Position numbers and translations under genes: made by a program. A model generated the notes under the pieces. It saw only the letters and a program-made list of their open reading frames with translations. It ran no database searches and was not told the DNA's origin. This document shows positions 1 to 9,412 of a stretch of 64,000 nucleotides of DNA, piece by piece (within the stretch, counting starts at the first letter, position 1; each line of letters begins with the position of its first letter). Origin of the DNA: Patescibacteria group bacterium (lineage in GTDB: Bacteria; Patescibacteriota; Minisyncoccia; 2-02-FULL-40-12; IGHO2-01-FULL-4-A); contig JBBTUB010000023.1 of the NCBI GenBank assembly GCA_038064015.1, positions 369 through 64,368 of the forward strand, read 5' to 3'.

Positions 1-425
1 CAGATTTTTCAAAGCATATTTGGCCTGATATCATTTCTGATACGGTCCAAAAAACTCTCAAGGCGCGTTTATTCATCACATTTCCCATCACCCTGAAATC
101 AGGAAAGGTTGCTGGAGTATTTATGTACTCATCGCCGCGCACTGAAATTCCCATGGAGGAACTCAATCTCTTCCAGACGTTTGCTCATCAACTCGGACTT
201 GCGTTCTCCAATGTTTTTGCGTTCGAGCGCCTTATGCAGAAGTACAAAAAAGATAGTGCAACGGATTCGCTCACTAAGCCTGAAACGAATACCCCATCTG
301 TCAAATTTACCCTCCGGATCACACCCAATCAACTCAAGAATCTTGAACGCGTATCGAAAGCGCAACAAAAAAATAAAGCTGACCTGATTCGCGATCTTCT
401 TGACAAGCAAATAATTTCAGAGTAA
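1..425 (+). CDS. 5'-truncated CDS: GAF-like domain C-terminus followed by a ribbon-helix-helix (CopG/Arc-like) tail
   Basis: Frame 3 is open from position 3 to the TAA at 423-425. The ...LRITPNQLKNLERVSKAQQKNKADLIRDLLDK motif is RHH-like. The preceding ...GKVAGVFMYS...ELNLFQTFAHQLGLAF resembles the end of a GAF domain. Confidence 0.45.
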   Translation, partial: DFSKHIWPDIISDTVQKTLKARLFITFPITLKSGKVAGVFMYSSPRTEIPMEELNLFQTFAHQLGLAFSNVFAFERLMQKYKKDSATDSLTKPETNTPSVKFTLRITPNQLKNLERVSKAQQKNKADLIRDLLDKQIISE

Positions 426-489
426 TCTCACGCCGGTCGAGGCACCTCATCTTAACGAGGTGGCGCTAGCGCCACCTTAGCAACATAAC

Positions 490-639
490 ATGAGATATCC
501 TTGGGCGGCTTTTGTCATTCTCGGGATTTGGACGGCAATTACTATTATTGTGGTTGATCGAACAACTACCCAACCGGTGCAGATGTACATGTTCGCTTCT
601 GCGGCCACATTCATCTTGTCGGTCATGGGATTCGTATGA
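490..639 (+). CDS. small 2-TM membrane micro-protein (49 aa), paralog of the 2089..2262 ORF
   Basis: ATG at 490. The product MRYPWAAFVILGIWTAITIIVVDRTTTQPVQMYMFASAATFILSVMGFV is a hydrophobic hairpin. Its stop TGA overlaps the ubiB ATG (ATGA at 636-639). It is about 35% identical, ungapped, to the ORF at 2089. Confidence 0.4.
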   Translation: MRYPWAAFVILGIWTAITIIVVDRTTTQPVQMYMFASAATFILSVMGFV

Positions 640-2108
640 TCCTCCGTATCTTCCTTATTATCGGAGTGATCGCTCGCTGCACAATCATGTATCGAGGGCC
701 TGTGCGGATCCGAATGATGTTCCAGCAATGCGGCGGGGCCATCATCAAGCTCGGTCAGATGCTCGCACTTCGTGCCGATGTGGTGTCGGTGCCGCTTGCG
801 TTTGAGCTCCTCAATCTTCTGGAGCATATGCCCTCAGTGTCGACGGATCAGATTAGGGTAATTATCGCGCATGAGCTCGGCGCTCCGGTTGAGAATCTTT
901 TTCCCTGGTTCGAAGAAATCCCGCTTGCTGTCGCATCGTTTGCGCAGGTACACCGGGCGCAACTTTCTGACGGCAGGATCGTGATCGTCAAAGTCCAAAA
1001 ACCCATGATCGCTCATCAAGTAGCCGAAGACCTTGAGATTCTGGCGATCCTTGCAAAGCTTAGCGACATGTTGATCCCTCGCCTACCCATATCCACAACG
1101 TCGCTCGTCAAAGAATTCAGCGAATGGACGCTTCGCGAGTTGGATTATGAAATGGAGGCGCGAAATGTGGAGTTCTTCCGCCAGCAAAATAACCGTCCGG
1201 AAGTCCATATTCCTGAAGTGATCTGGGACTACACCACCTCGCGAGTCCTCACCGAAGAATATATTGAAGGTTCCAGTATGGCAGAACTCGTCCAGCAACC
1301 ATCTCACCCGACCAAAGCTTTGCTCGCCCAACATCTGATCACCACGAGCATGCGCCAGTATTTCCTCCTCGGATACTTTCATGCCGATCCACATGCCGGC
1401 AATATCCTTGTTGACGACAAGGGCAGGCTAAACTATGTAGACTTTGGAATGGTGGGCTCGTCGGGGCCGGATCATCGAGTCGTTATGGCAAGTTTTATCT
1501 ACCACACGATCAACCGGAATTTTTCCGCGGCAATCAAAGCATTCCTCGCACTTGGCTTTTCGAGGCGTACGAACCACGATTTGCGATATTTTGCCACCGA
1601 TAAAAAATTCTTGGATCGGTTTACAAAAAACATCACGTTCTTCGAACGCGTCCTGACGCAAGAATTCATTAACATTGCAGAGCCATGGTTGGCTGCGATT
1701 GAGGCTCCCGGAGCATCATTCGCCGAAAAAAGCTCCGCAAAGTCATTTCTGACTTTTCTCAACATCGCTAAGCGGCATCGCGTCGTGCTTGATCAAGAAA
1801 TCACGCTGTTTGTGAAGACGCTCGTAGCGGTGGATGCGATCAGCCTCCAGCTTGATCCACACTTCAACCTGATCACGACGCTCAATAATGTTTTTGCTGG
1901 TGAAGAATTCCGATGGTTGCTAGCAGCCCGAAATTTTGAAAATCTTTCGATTGCTACCCTGCCCCTACCGGCAATGCAATTAAAAAATCCCGAGAAAGCT
2001 GTCTTGCTTAAAGACTATTATACAGATTGGCTTGGAGAGCTCTTGAGTACGCAACTTCCTATGTTAACAAAAAATAACCACAATAAATATGAAATACGCT
2101 TCCATTAG
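636..2108 (+). CDS. ubiB: ABC1/UbiB-family atypical protein kinase
   Basis: It carries the KLGQMLALRADVV motif and the LAVASFAQVHRAQLSDGRIVIVKVQKP lysine region, hallmarks of the ABC1/AarF kinase family. The start is supported by an ATGA overlap with the upstream micro-ORF. Confidence 0.8.
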   Translation: MILRIFLIIGVIARCTIMYRGPVRIRMMFQQCGGAIIKLGQMLALRADVVSVPLAFELLNLLEHMPSVSTDQIRVIIAHELGAPVENLFPWFEEIPLAVASFAQVHRAQLSDGRIVIVKVQKPMIAHQVAEDLEILAILAKLSDMLIPRLPISTTSLVKEFSEWTLRELDYEMEARNVEFFRQQNNRPEVHIPEVIWDYTTSRVLTEEYIEGSSMAELVQQPSHPTKALLAQHLITTSMRQYFLLGYFHADPHAGNILVDDKGRLNYVDFGMVGSSGPDHRVVMASFIYHTINRNFSAAIKAFLALGFSRRTNHDLRYFATDKKFLDRFTKNITFFERVLTQEFINIAEPWLAAIEAPGASFAEKSSAKSFLTFLNIAKRHRVVLDQEITLFVKTLVAVDAISLQLDPHFNLITTLNNVFAGEEFRWLLAARNFENLSIATLPLPAMQLKNPEKAVLLKDYYTDWLGELLSTQLPMLTKNNHNKYEIRFH

Positions 2109-2262
2109 TATCACGATCGTTGGTATCTGGATTATTATGACGGTCGCCATTCTTGCGCGCGAGGACGCATCGCCAATAGTGATGATGGTTTTTGCGCTCG
2201 CTAATACCGTCTGGTTGGCGATGCTTGGTTTCCGCGCACCACGGCATCCCGACGCGAAGTAA
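2089..2262 (+). CDS. small 2-TM membrane micro-protein (57 aa), paralog of the 490..639 ORF
   Basis: ATG at 2089 overlaps the last codons of ubiB in another frame. The product is MKYASISITIVGIWIIMTVAILAREDASPIVMMVFALANTVWLAMLGFRAPRHPDAK. It shares the M+Y...GIW...R..P..M.F...T.L..GF register with the 490 ORF. Confidence 0.4.
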   Translation: MKYASISITIVGIWIIMTVAILAREDASPIVMMVFALANTVWLAMLGFRAPRHPDAK

Positions 2263-2267
2263 GATGC

Positions 2268-3521
2268 CTATCGCTTAATCTCGGTAATTCCCATCATCCA
2301 GAGCTTGAGTACATCAGGGATTTTGATGGAGCCATCGGGTTGCTGATAGTTTTCAATGATGGCGGCGATGGTGCGGCCGATGGCGAGGGCCGTAGCGTCG
2401 TTCATGTGGACAAAAGCAGTTTCGCTATCACTTTTACGATACTTAGTACTTAATCGTCGGGCTTGATAATCAGCCATGTAGTCAGCCGTGTGTGTCTCGC
2501 AAAATCTATCTTGCCCTGGCATCCAGGTATTGATATCCACGCCGCGCGCGTTGGGATCGCCGATGTCGGCGGTGCATTTGAGGATGACTTGGTACGGAAG
2601 CCCGAGGCCTTGCAAAAGCTCTTCCTGAATTACAATAAGATTCTTGTGCTCATCTATCGCCTGCTCAGCAGTACTAAAAACCCCCATTTCTACTTTGTGG
2701 AATTCATGAAGGCGGATGATACCTCGCGTGTCTTTGCCTGCCGCTCCAGCCTCTCTTCTCAATGCAGGAGAAAAGGCAACATAGCGAAGCGGCAAGTTTT
2801 TCTCGGGGATGATTTCGTCCATGTGCATCGGCCCGAGCGTATGCTCGGCACTGCCGATCAGATACATATCGTCAGATGGAATATAGTATCGTTCTTCTTT
2901 GGGCTCCAGGCGAGCCATTTTTTGATAGACATCGGGCTTGATAAACATCGGCGGGACAATTGGCACGAAGCCTTTCTTGATGATCACCGAGAGCGCGTAC
3001 TGCACCAACGCGTATTCCATCATCGCCGCTTCGCGCTTGAGATAGGTAAACCGAGCACCTGAGACATTTCCCGCACGCTCGTTGTCGATGATATCCAGCG
3101 TCTCGCCAAGTTCCCAGTGTGGCTTTGGCGTAAAATCAAACGCCGGCTTCTCTCCCCACTCTTTTATTATTTTATTATCCGCTTCACTCGTCCCGATTGG
3201 CGTATCTTCAGTCGGGATATTTGGCACTTTATATAAAAGTTCCTGCAGTTCTTGCTCAACCGTCTTGATCTCGCGATCAAGCTCGGCGGCTTGTTCTTTG
3301 TATTTTTTGCCCTCGGCGATCTGATCCAGAGTCGGTTTGCCCCCTTCGGATGCCTTGGCGATGGCATTTCGAAATGAATTCGCCTGATCCAACTCTCCTT
3401 GCACATGCCTCCGCCGCTCATCGAGCGCAAGAAGTTTATCAACATCAACCGCGACGTTCTTGTTCTTCGCGGCTTGTTTGACGATGTCCGGATTTTGGCG
3501 AATAAACTTGATATCGAGCAT
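2268..3521 (-). CDS. serS: seryl-tRNA synthetase
   Basis: Full-length class II SerRS. It has the N-terminal coiled coil (MLDIKFIRQNPD...) and the catalytic motifs, including RREAGAAGKDTRGIIRLHEFHKVE. Confidence 0.95.
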   Translation of the reverse strand: MLDIKFIRQNPDIVKQAAKNKNVAVDVDKLLALDERRRHVQGELDQANSFRNAIAKASEGGKPTLDQIAEGKKYKEQAAELDREIKTVEQELQELLYKVPNIPTEDTPIGTSEADNKIIKEWGEKPAFDFTPKPHWELGETLDIIDNERAGNVSGARFTYLKREAAMMEYALVQYALSVIIKKGFVPIVPPMFIKPDVYQKMARLEPKEERYYIPSDDMYLIGSAEHTLGPMHMDEIIPEKNLPLRYVAFSPALRREAGAAGKDTRGIIRLHEFHKVEMGVFSTAEQAIDEHKNLIVIQEELLQGLGLPYQVILKCTADIGDPNARGVDINTWMPGQDRFCETHTADYMADYQARRLSTKYRKSDSETAFVHMNDATALAIGRTIAAIIENYQQPDGSIKIPDVLKLWMMGITEIKR

Positions 3522-3651
3522 GGATTAAATATACCAGAAAGCCGCTATAAAATCACCTGTCACAAAAAACACTATGATACGTTATATGCACTAGGTCAAG
3601 AACGCTTGGCCAAAGTTTTCCAAACCCTCCCGTCCAGGAGAAGAAACGAAA

Positions 3652-3915
3652 ATGGCTCCACGGCACGAGTGTCCCGTAAAGGCTCTCCATGATGCTCTGC
3701 AACGCCTCGAAGACGTCAGGCGAGGCAGAAAAGATGTCGCCGCTCCGAGCGACACAACTCTGATTACCTACTTCGATCTGGCGATGAGTAAGCATGAGTT
3801 TGGGCAGCTCGCTCGAACTCGCGCTCTCGATCGCTTGGTCCCCCTCAGACCACACCTTGTCAGAAGTCTTGGTGAGAAGTATAGCCTCACCCCCACGCCC
3901 CGACAGCAGAAATAG
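3652..3915 (+). CDS. GC-rich orphan cassette 1: 87-aa hypothetical protein with its own SD and terminator
   Basis: AGGAG sits 11 nt before the ATG. The ORF is visibly GC3-richer than its neighbours and is followed by an intrinsic terminator. No homolog recognised. Confidence 0.5.
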   Translation: MAPRHECPVKALHDALQRLEDVRRGRKDVAAPSDTTLITYFDLAMSKHEFGQLARTRALDRLVPLRPHLVRSLGEKYSLTPTPRQQK

Positions 3916-3958
3916 CTCCCCAGCGGCTCGATCATTATTTCGATTCGAGTCCGCAACA

Positions 3959-3998
3959 CCCGTCGTCGCCTACGTGCGTCGGCGGGCTGTTCATTTTT
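3959..3998 (+). terminator. intrinsic terminator of cassette 1
   Basis: A GC-rich stem (cccgtcg ... cggcggg) is followed by ctgttcatttttat. Confidence 0.55.
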
Positions 3999-4003
3999 AT
4001 ACT

Positions 4004-4019
4004 ACTGTACTAGTACAGT
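4004..4019. repeat. perfect 16-bp palindrome ACTGTACTAGTACAGT
   Basis: The sequence is its own reverse complement. It sits between the convergent 3' ends of cassette 1 and lysS. Confidence 0.7.
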
Positions 4020-4036
4020 GTCGTAAAAGCAGAATA

Positions 4037-5821
4037 CTAGCTGAAGAGTTTCAAATCCCCGGTCAGTTTTTCTACCAAGGATTTTTTGCCGAAAATGAGC
4101 ACACCGTAGTAATCGATGTCTTCGCGGTTTTTGCCTTTCGTCCACTCGATGACTTTTTTGTCGTCTGTAGTTTCGAGCATTTCTTTGGTAAACTCGGCGA
4201 CATCAAGATCGAGCTCCTTTGCTTGATCAACCAGATTGCATATCGCTTTGTTTGAGTCAGCGACTTTGATCATGATCGCATGCTGGATGTTGAGATTAAT
4301 TTTTTGATAATCCTTTGTAGCGATCGTATCCTGCATAAACAACTCTCTGCCAAGCCGCGCCCCAAACGCGGCATTAAGATGAGCAATTGTGTTCATCTCC
4401 TGCCACGGCTCCATGTCTTGAGCTCTATTGATAATCGCCACGGCAATCTTGCTTTCTTTTGCTTTACCGGGAACGGTTTCTTTGAGGTCTTTCGGCCTCA
4501 TGAACGGAAACGGGATCACGTCGCGAATGGAGTGCTGGTCGGTTAAGAGCATGGTCATGCGGTCAATACTGATGGCAATCCCACAAGTGGGCGGCATACC
4601 GATCTCTAGGGCGTGCAGATAATCTCGATCCATACGTTGGGCTTCTTCGTCGCCTTTTTTGAGTGCTTCTTCCTGCGTCCGCCAGTTTTCTTCCAAAATA
4701 GAGGCGTCGGTCAGTTCAGAATAATTATTCCCCACTTCCATGCCGTTGATATAGTGCTCAAAGCGCTCCACGATTTCCGGGTTATCATGCTTCGGCTTGG
4801 CAAGCGGAGAGGTTGCTTTCGGATAGTCGTACAAAATTGTCGGCTGGATAAAGAACGGCTCACATTCCTCGATGGTCGCCTTGCCGTATTCTTGAAGCGC
4901 TTCAGCATATCGGATCCGGCGCCACGGCGCTTTAAAGTCGATCGTGGTGCCTTGATACGTGACCTTCGTCCCACTAGTTATTTTTTGCACCACATATTCT
5001 GTAATAGCCTCCACCAGCTTCATGCCGGCTTCATAGTCGCTATACGCCGTCATTGCCTCCATGATGGTGAACTCCGGATTGTGGCTCCGATCAATGCCTT
5101 CGTTGCGAAAATCCGTAGAAAATTCAAATACGCGCTCCATGCCGCCAACCACAAGCCGCTTGAGATACATTTCATCTGAAATACGCATATAGACGTCCAT
5201 GCCTAAAGCATTGAGACGTGACTTGAACGGCCGCGCGGATCCGCCTCCATACATCGGCTGGAGAATGGGAGTCTGGACCTCAGCATAGCCGCGCCCAATA
5301 AAAAACTCCCGCATCGCTTCTATTACTTTCCCGCGCGTAACAAAAACATCCTTTACGGACGGATTCATGATCATATCGACATAGCGCTGACGATAGCGCT
5401 CTTCGACATCTTGTAGGCCATGCCACTTCTCGGGAAGCGGAAGGAGCGACTTGGTCAGCATCCGATACTTTTCGACTTCAAGGGTCTTCTCGCCTTTTTG
5501 TGTGGTGAACAGCAGTCCAAAAACTTCCAGAAAATCTCCAATGTCTGTTGTCTCCAGAGGCTGCTGATTTTTAAATAACACTTGGATGGTGCCCGTACCA
5601 TCCAAGAGATCCATAAATGTGATTGCGCCATGTCCCCGCGCGGCCATAACACGGCCAACGAGAACAAGACGGTCTTTGTTCGCCACAAAATCATCAAAAC
5701 CCTCAAGCGCAGCAGCGATCGTATGCGTGCGCCATGACTTGGCCGGATACGGATCAATGCCGGCATTGCGAAGCTTTTCCAGTTTTTCTACGCGAGCAGC
5801 GCGAATGTCATCAAGGGGCAT
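4037..5821 (-). CDS. lysS: lysyl-tRNA synthetase (class II) with an extra ~150-aa C-terminal domain
   Basis: N-terminal OB fold and class II core (motifs up to ...GIAISIDRMTMLLTDQHSIRDVIPFPFMRP). The unassigned extension runs from KESKIAVAIINRAQD to YYGVLIFGKKSLVEKL. Confidence 0.9.
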   Translation of the reverse strand: MPLDDIRAARVEKLEKLRNAGIDPYPAKSWRTHTIAAALEGFDDFVANKDRLVLVGRVMAARGHGAITFMDLLDGTGTIQVLFKNQQPLETTDIGDFLEVFGLLFTTQKGEKTLEVEKYRMLTKSLLPLPEKWHGLQDVEERYRQRYVDMIMNPSVKDVFVTRGKVIEAMREFFIGRGYAEVQTPILQPMYGGGSARPFKSRLNALGMDVYMRISDEMYLKRLVVGGMERVFEFSTDFRNEGIDRSHNPEFTIMEAMTAYSDYEAGMKLVEAITEYVVQKITSGTKVTYQGTTIDFKAPWRRIRYAEALQEYGKATIEECEPFFIQPTILYDYPKATSPLAKPKHDNPEIVERFEHYINGMEVGNNYSELTDASILEENWRTQEEALKKGDEEAQRMDRDYLHALEIGMPPTCGIAISIDRMTMLLTDQHSIRDVIPFPFMRPKDLKETVPGKAKESKIAVAIINRAQDMEPWQEMNTIAHLNAAFGARLGRELFMQDTIATKDYQKINLNIQHAIMIKVADSNKAICNLVDQAKELDLDVAEFTKEMLETTDDKKVIEWTKGKNREDIDYYGVLIFGKKSLVEKLTGDLKLFS

Positions 5822-5824
5822 GAC

Positions 5825-6280
5825 TTATGTTACCTCAAGTATCTTATATTTCACAGTTCCGCTGGGGATATGCGCTTCGACTTCTTCGCCTTTCTCTTTG
5901 CCCATGAAGGCGATGCCGAGCGGAGATTCATTGGAAATAAAGCCTTGGGCGGGATTGGATTCCGCCGGGCCGACAATGGTAAATTGCTTGGTCGTGCCGC
6001 CGAACTTCACGCTGACCGTAGATCCTATGGCCACATTTTTTTGCTTATGATGAGGCGCGATAACCACCGCGTGCTTGAGTAAGTCTTTCAACTCCTCAAT
6101 GCGCCCTTCATTCATTCCCTGCGCCTCTCGCGCTTCAGCATACTCGGCATTTTCGGACAAATCACCAAGCTCCTTGGCTTCAAGAATGCGCTTGGCGATA
6201 TCGGGACGCAAGGTGGTTTCCCGCTCTTCCAGCTCTTTCTTCAATTTTTCCAAACCCTCCTGACTAAGATATTGTGTCAT
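5825..6280 (-). CDS. greA: transcription elongation factor GreA
   Basis: It has the GreA N-terminal coiled coil with ELGDLSENAEYAEAREAQ, plus the C-terminal FKBP-like domain. Confidence 0.93.
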   Translation of the reverse strand: MTQYLSQEGLEKLKKELEERETTLRPDIAKRILEAKELGDLSENAEYAEAREAQGMNEGRIEELKDLLKHAVVIAPHHKQKNVAIGSTVSVKFGGTTKQFTIVGPAESNPAQGFISNESPLGIAFMGKEKGEEVEAHIPSGTVKYKILEVT

Positions 6281-6292
6281 AACAATAATGAA

Positions 6293-8170
6293 TTACTGCT
6301 TAGTAAAGTACCACGAGAAAAATTTCTCTGCAACCATGACACCGAGCGATTGGCTTTGTGGGATATGCTCCACCAGGACGGTAAGCGCGATCTCCGGATT
6401 ATCATAGGGACCATACACGATAAAGAGTGAGTTTAAAGCTTGGCCGCCTACCTGCGCCGTCCCGGTCTTCGCAGCCACCGGCTTGGGCAAACTGTTGAGC
6501 CGCTGGGCAGTCCCATCGGTGATCGTTTGTCGCATGCCCTCGCGCACGATACGATACGTCGCTTCGTCAAACGGCAAGCGCCCGACCTCTCGCGGCTTCA
6601 TCTCCGTAATCTTCCCAGATGCGGTATCTTTGATGCTTTTGGCCACCATCGGCCGGTACAAGGTGCCACCATTGGCAATCGCGCTCACATAGGAACTCAA
6701 CCAGATCGGCGTAAGCTGCAAATCCCCTTGTCCAATCGAAACATTATAGGTATCGCCGATATACCATGGTTCACGCTTCTTTTCTTTTTTGAGTTTTTGC
6801 GAAGGAACAAACCCGATCGCTTCGCCGGGAAGATCAATGCCGGTCTTTTGATCCGCGCGGGCGATCCGCAAGTACTTTTCAAGGCGGTCAATGCCAAGCC
6901 CGCGAAAATCTTTGTATCCCCCGCCCAGTGCGTAAAAATACACATCCACCGACCACGCGATGGCTTTGCGAAGATCCGTCAGGCCATGCACTTTCCAATC
7001 TCGGTAGGTATAAACAACGCTCGGATCATTTTCACTTTGCACGTAAATCGCCCCGTCCGCATAAATAGTCTTGGCCGGATCGACAACTTTTTCCCAGAGG
7101 CCTACGAGCGCGTAGTACGGCTTGATCGTGGAGCCAGGCGCATAGAGCCCGCCGACGGCACGATTGAACAAGGGCTTGGATGAATCGGCAAATAGCTGCG
7201 CAAGCCGCGTTCGAGTACTGTCGTCGGAGCTTTCTTCAAAAAGATTCGGATCAAAGGTCGGCATGCTCACCATACCGAGTACGGCGCCGGTACGGACATC
7301 TTGTACCACGGCCGCACCACGACGCACACCGGCGGACCGGAATACTTCATCAACGGCACGATATAATGTTTGCTGAACATCGGCATCAAGATATAACGTC
7401 ACGTCGTCACCGGCAACCGCGGTCGTTGCTTGCGTCGTCGTAGAGCCTTCAAGCACGATGTATTGCGGCTGACCATGAAGCTCTTCTTCATACTGTGATT
7501 CAACCCCGGCACGGCCAACGCGATCATTGGGTTGATAACGGTCATCCGTATCAAGCGTAGCCTCTTCAGGACTGATGAGTGAGGTATAGCCGAGCACATG
7601 AGCGAGCGCGGGTCCCTGCTCATAATGCCGTCGAGCGAACGGAACGATAAAAACTCCGGGGATCCGCGCAGCTTGCAGGCTGACCGCCTCAGCCTTGGTA
7701 ATGTCACGCGCCACGACGAACACTCCGTTGTTCTTGTTGGCGGCGATGATCTTGGTAATGCCGCCTTCAGGGAGCTTGATCAAGTTATTAAGTTGCAGAT
7801 ATTGATCGCCGCTAGAATTCGCCAACAGCTGTGCTCGCGCCACGACGACGTCAAAGATCGGAATATTTTCTACGAGCGTTTTTCCCTGGCTGTCAAAAAT
7901 ATTGCCACGGAGCGCCGGGATCGGGTACGTATTGAGCCGGCTTCGATCGGCTTGCTGGGTAAGCTTTTTGCCATGAACGACTTGGAGGCGGAATGCTTGA
8001 ATACAAATCACGAGGATCATCGCGCCCACCAGGATATACAATGCTCGAAATACGCCCCTCGTGATGGGTATCTCCACCATAGAGTGGCCGCTCAAACCAT
8101 CCAGAAGAGTTTCTTCAGGCGCCACATCATGATCATCACTTCGATTGACAGTGTATTTATGCGGTCCCAT
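6293..8170 (-). CDS. mrdA: penicillin-binding protein 2 (elongasome transpeptidase)
   Basis: An N-terminal TM anchor and PBP dimerisation domain precede the transpeptidase domain, which carries the STIKP (SxxK) and KTGTA motifs. It follows mreBCD. Confidence 0.85.
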   Translation of the reverse strand: MGPHKYTVNRSDDHDVAPEETLLDGLSGHSMVEIPITRGVFRALYILVGAMILVICIQAFRLQVVHGKKLTQQADRSRLNTYPIPALRGNIFDSQGKTLVENIPIFDVVVARAQLLANSSGDQYLQLNNLIKLPEGGITKIIAANKNNGVFVVARDITKAEAVSLQAARIPGVFIVPFARRHYEQGPALAHVLGYTSLISPEEATLDTDDRYQPNDRVGRAGVESQYEEELHGQPQYIVLEGSTTTQATTAVAGDDVTLYLDADVQQTLYRAVDEVFRSAGVRRGAAVVQDVRTGAVLGMVSMPTFDPNLFEESSDDSTRTRLAQLFADSSKPLFNRAVGGLYAPGSTIKPYYALVGLWEKVVDPAKTIYADGAIYVQSENDPSVVYTYRDWKVHGLTDLRKAIAWSVDVYFYALGGGYKDFRGLGIDRLEKYLRIARADQKTGIDLPGEAIGFVPSQKLKKEKKREPWYIGDTYNVSIGQGDLQLTPIWLSSYVSAIANGGTLYRPMVAKSIKDTASGKITEMKPREVGRLPFDEATYRIVREGMRQTITDGTAQRLNSLPKPVAAKTGTAQVGGQALNSLFIVYGPYDNPEIALTVLVEHIPQSQSLGVMVAEKFFSWYFTKQ

Positions 8171-8624
8171 AGGCCTTGATACGCGGTGGTTGGTTGATCA
8201 CGATTACCATAATTAACGGCGCTAAAGATTGGAGCAGAAAAATCGGCAGGCGATGCGCGACTGAGGACATCCCCAGCGGGTATGATATCATGAAAGCAAA
8301 AATCGCCGTCAGGCACACCGCGTACACCCCAAAAAACAGAACATGCATGTCTCGCGTGCGAACCCAGCGCGCCCCGATAAATACAATTCCTTGAATGGCA
8401 ACGAAGGCCGACGTCACCCACCCAAAGGGAATCCCAGATACAAGGTCAATGATGATTGCGGTAGCCATAAAGATCAGGCTATCGCGGCCGGGTTTTTTTT
8501 GAGCAATCATCGCCGCGATCAATGCCATGGGAGCAAACCAAAACATGCCCGGAGCGAATCGCTGGAATATCCAATCGGCAATCAAAATAAACACCATAAG
8601 AATAGTAAATTGAAAACGCATCAA
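8157..8624 (-). CDS. mreD: rod shape-determining protein MreD
   Basis: A 155-aa polytopic membrane protein immediately after mreC. Its ATG overlaps mreC in an ATGA. Confidence 0.6.
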   Translation of the reverse strand: MMRFQFTILMVFILIADWIFQRFAPGMFWFAPMALIAAMIAQKKPGRDSLIFMATAIIIDLVSGIPFGWVTSAFVAIQGIVFIGARWVRTRDMHVLFFGVYAVCLTAIFAFMISYPLGMSSVAHRLPIFLLQSLAPLIMVIVINQPPRIKAYGTA

Positions 8625-9412
8625 GGTGAGAAGATGAAAAGTATGGAGCTTTGTGCGGGATCAAAAAGCAGTGAAGCTCGCACGTCTTTAAAAAGCGTGT
8701 TCTCCCCGCGGTCAACATGGGCAACCGTGCCGATGGCCAACCCCTCCGGGAACACATCAAGGCCGCTCGTCACAATGGTAGCTCCGACCTCAAGGGTTTC
8801 AGTATGGGCAATGAGATTAATTGCGGCTTCGTTGCGCAACGCTCCTTTGGACTCGGCAAGAATCGACGTCCCAAGAACCCGCGCGCTGATGATGCGCCGC
8901 GGATCATCAGCCAAAATCACTCGGGATGAATGCTCAAATGCCTCTCCGATGGTACCAACCAAAATATTGCCCGGGGCAACCACCACCATACCCGACGCCA
9001 GGCCATCAGCTTTCCCTCGATCGATCATAAGCGTGGAGACCAACGGGGTTCGCTGAAGCGAGAAAATTTTTGCCGCTATCCGCGCCGGCTGCGTCCGGCC
9101 TTCCACGCGAAGTTGCCGCCGGAGCGCTTCGTTCTCGCGCTCAAGCGCTTCGGTTGTTACAATCTTACCGATAAGCTCATTACGCTCTTGCTCGAGCTTT
9201 GCGATTCTTTTGCTTTGCAGTTTGCTTTCAAAAAACGATACCGGCCGAGCGGCAATGCGGTAGAAAAAACCCTGCAACGGATTGCTCAAAAACACGCTGT
9301 TGAGCGCGATGATGACAGCTACCACAATCACAATTTTTAGATATAGGCTTCTTTTGCGCTCCATACGAGAATGGGCTTGAGCTCTTCGATATGTTCGAGA
9401 ACCATACCGCAC
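8621..9412 (-). CDS. mreC: rod shape-determining protein MreC
   Basis: An N-terminal TM segment and coiled coil (KLEQERNELIGKIVTTEALERENEALRRQL) precede a beta-barrel domain. The true start is probably the internal MERKRS. Confidence 0.8.
   Translation of the reverse strand: MRYGSRTYRRAQAHSRMERKRSLYLKIVIVVAVIIALNSVFLSNPLQGFFYRIAARPVSFFESKLQSKRIAKLEQERNELIGKIVTTEALERENEALRRQLRVEGRTQPARIAAKIFSLQRTPLVSTLMIDRGKADGLASGMVVVAPGNILVGTIGEAFEHSSRVILADDPRRIISARVLGTSILAESKGALRNEAAINLIAHTETLEVGATIVTSGLDVFPEGLAIGTVAHVDRGENTLFKDVRASLLFDPAQSSILFIFSP

Noticed and set aside
4004-4019. LexA SOS box (CTGT-N8-ACAG).
   Set aside because: The palindrome is CTGT-N6-ACAG, so the spacing does not fit the gamma-proteobacterial LexA box. 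No SOS gene start lies nearby, and uvrB has essentially no upstream intergenic space.
3522-4036. tmRNA or tRNA-like element, suggested by a TTCGAGTCC T-loop-like string at about 3941 in a GC-rich intergenic region.
   Set aside because: No complementary T-stem or acceptor stem, no GGGG 5' end or CCA-proximal motif, and no tag-peptide reading frame ending in ...AA. The region is better explained as cassette 1 plus its terminator.
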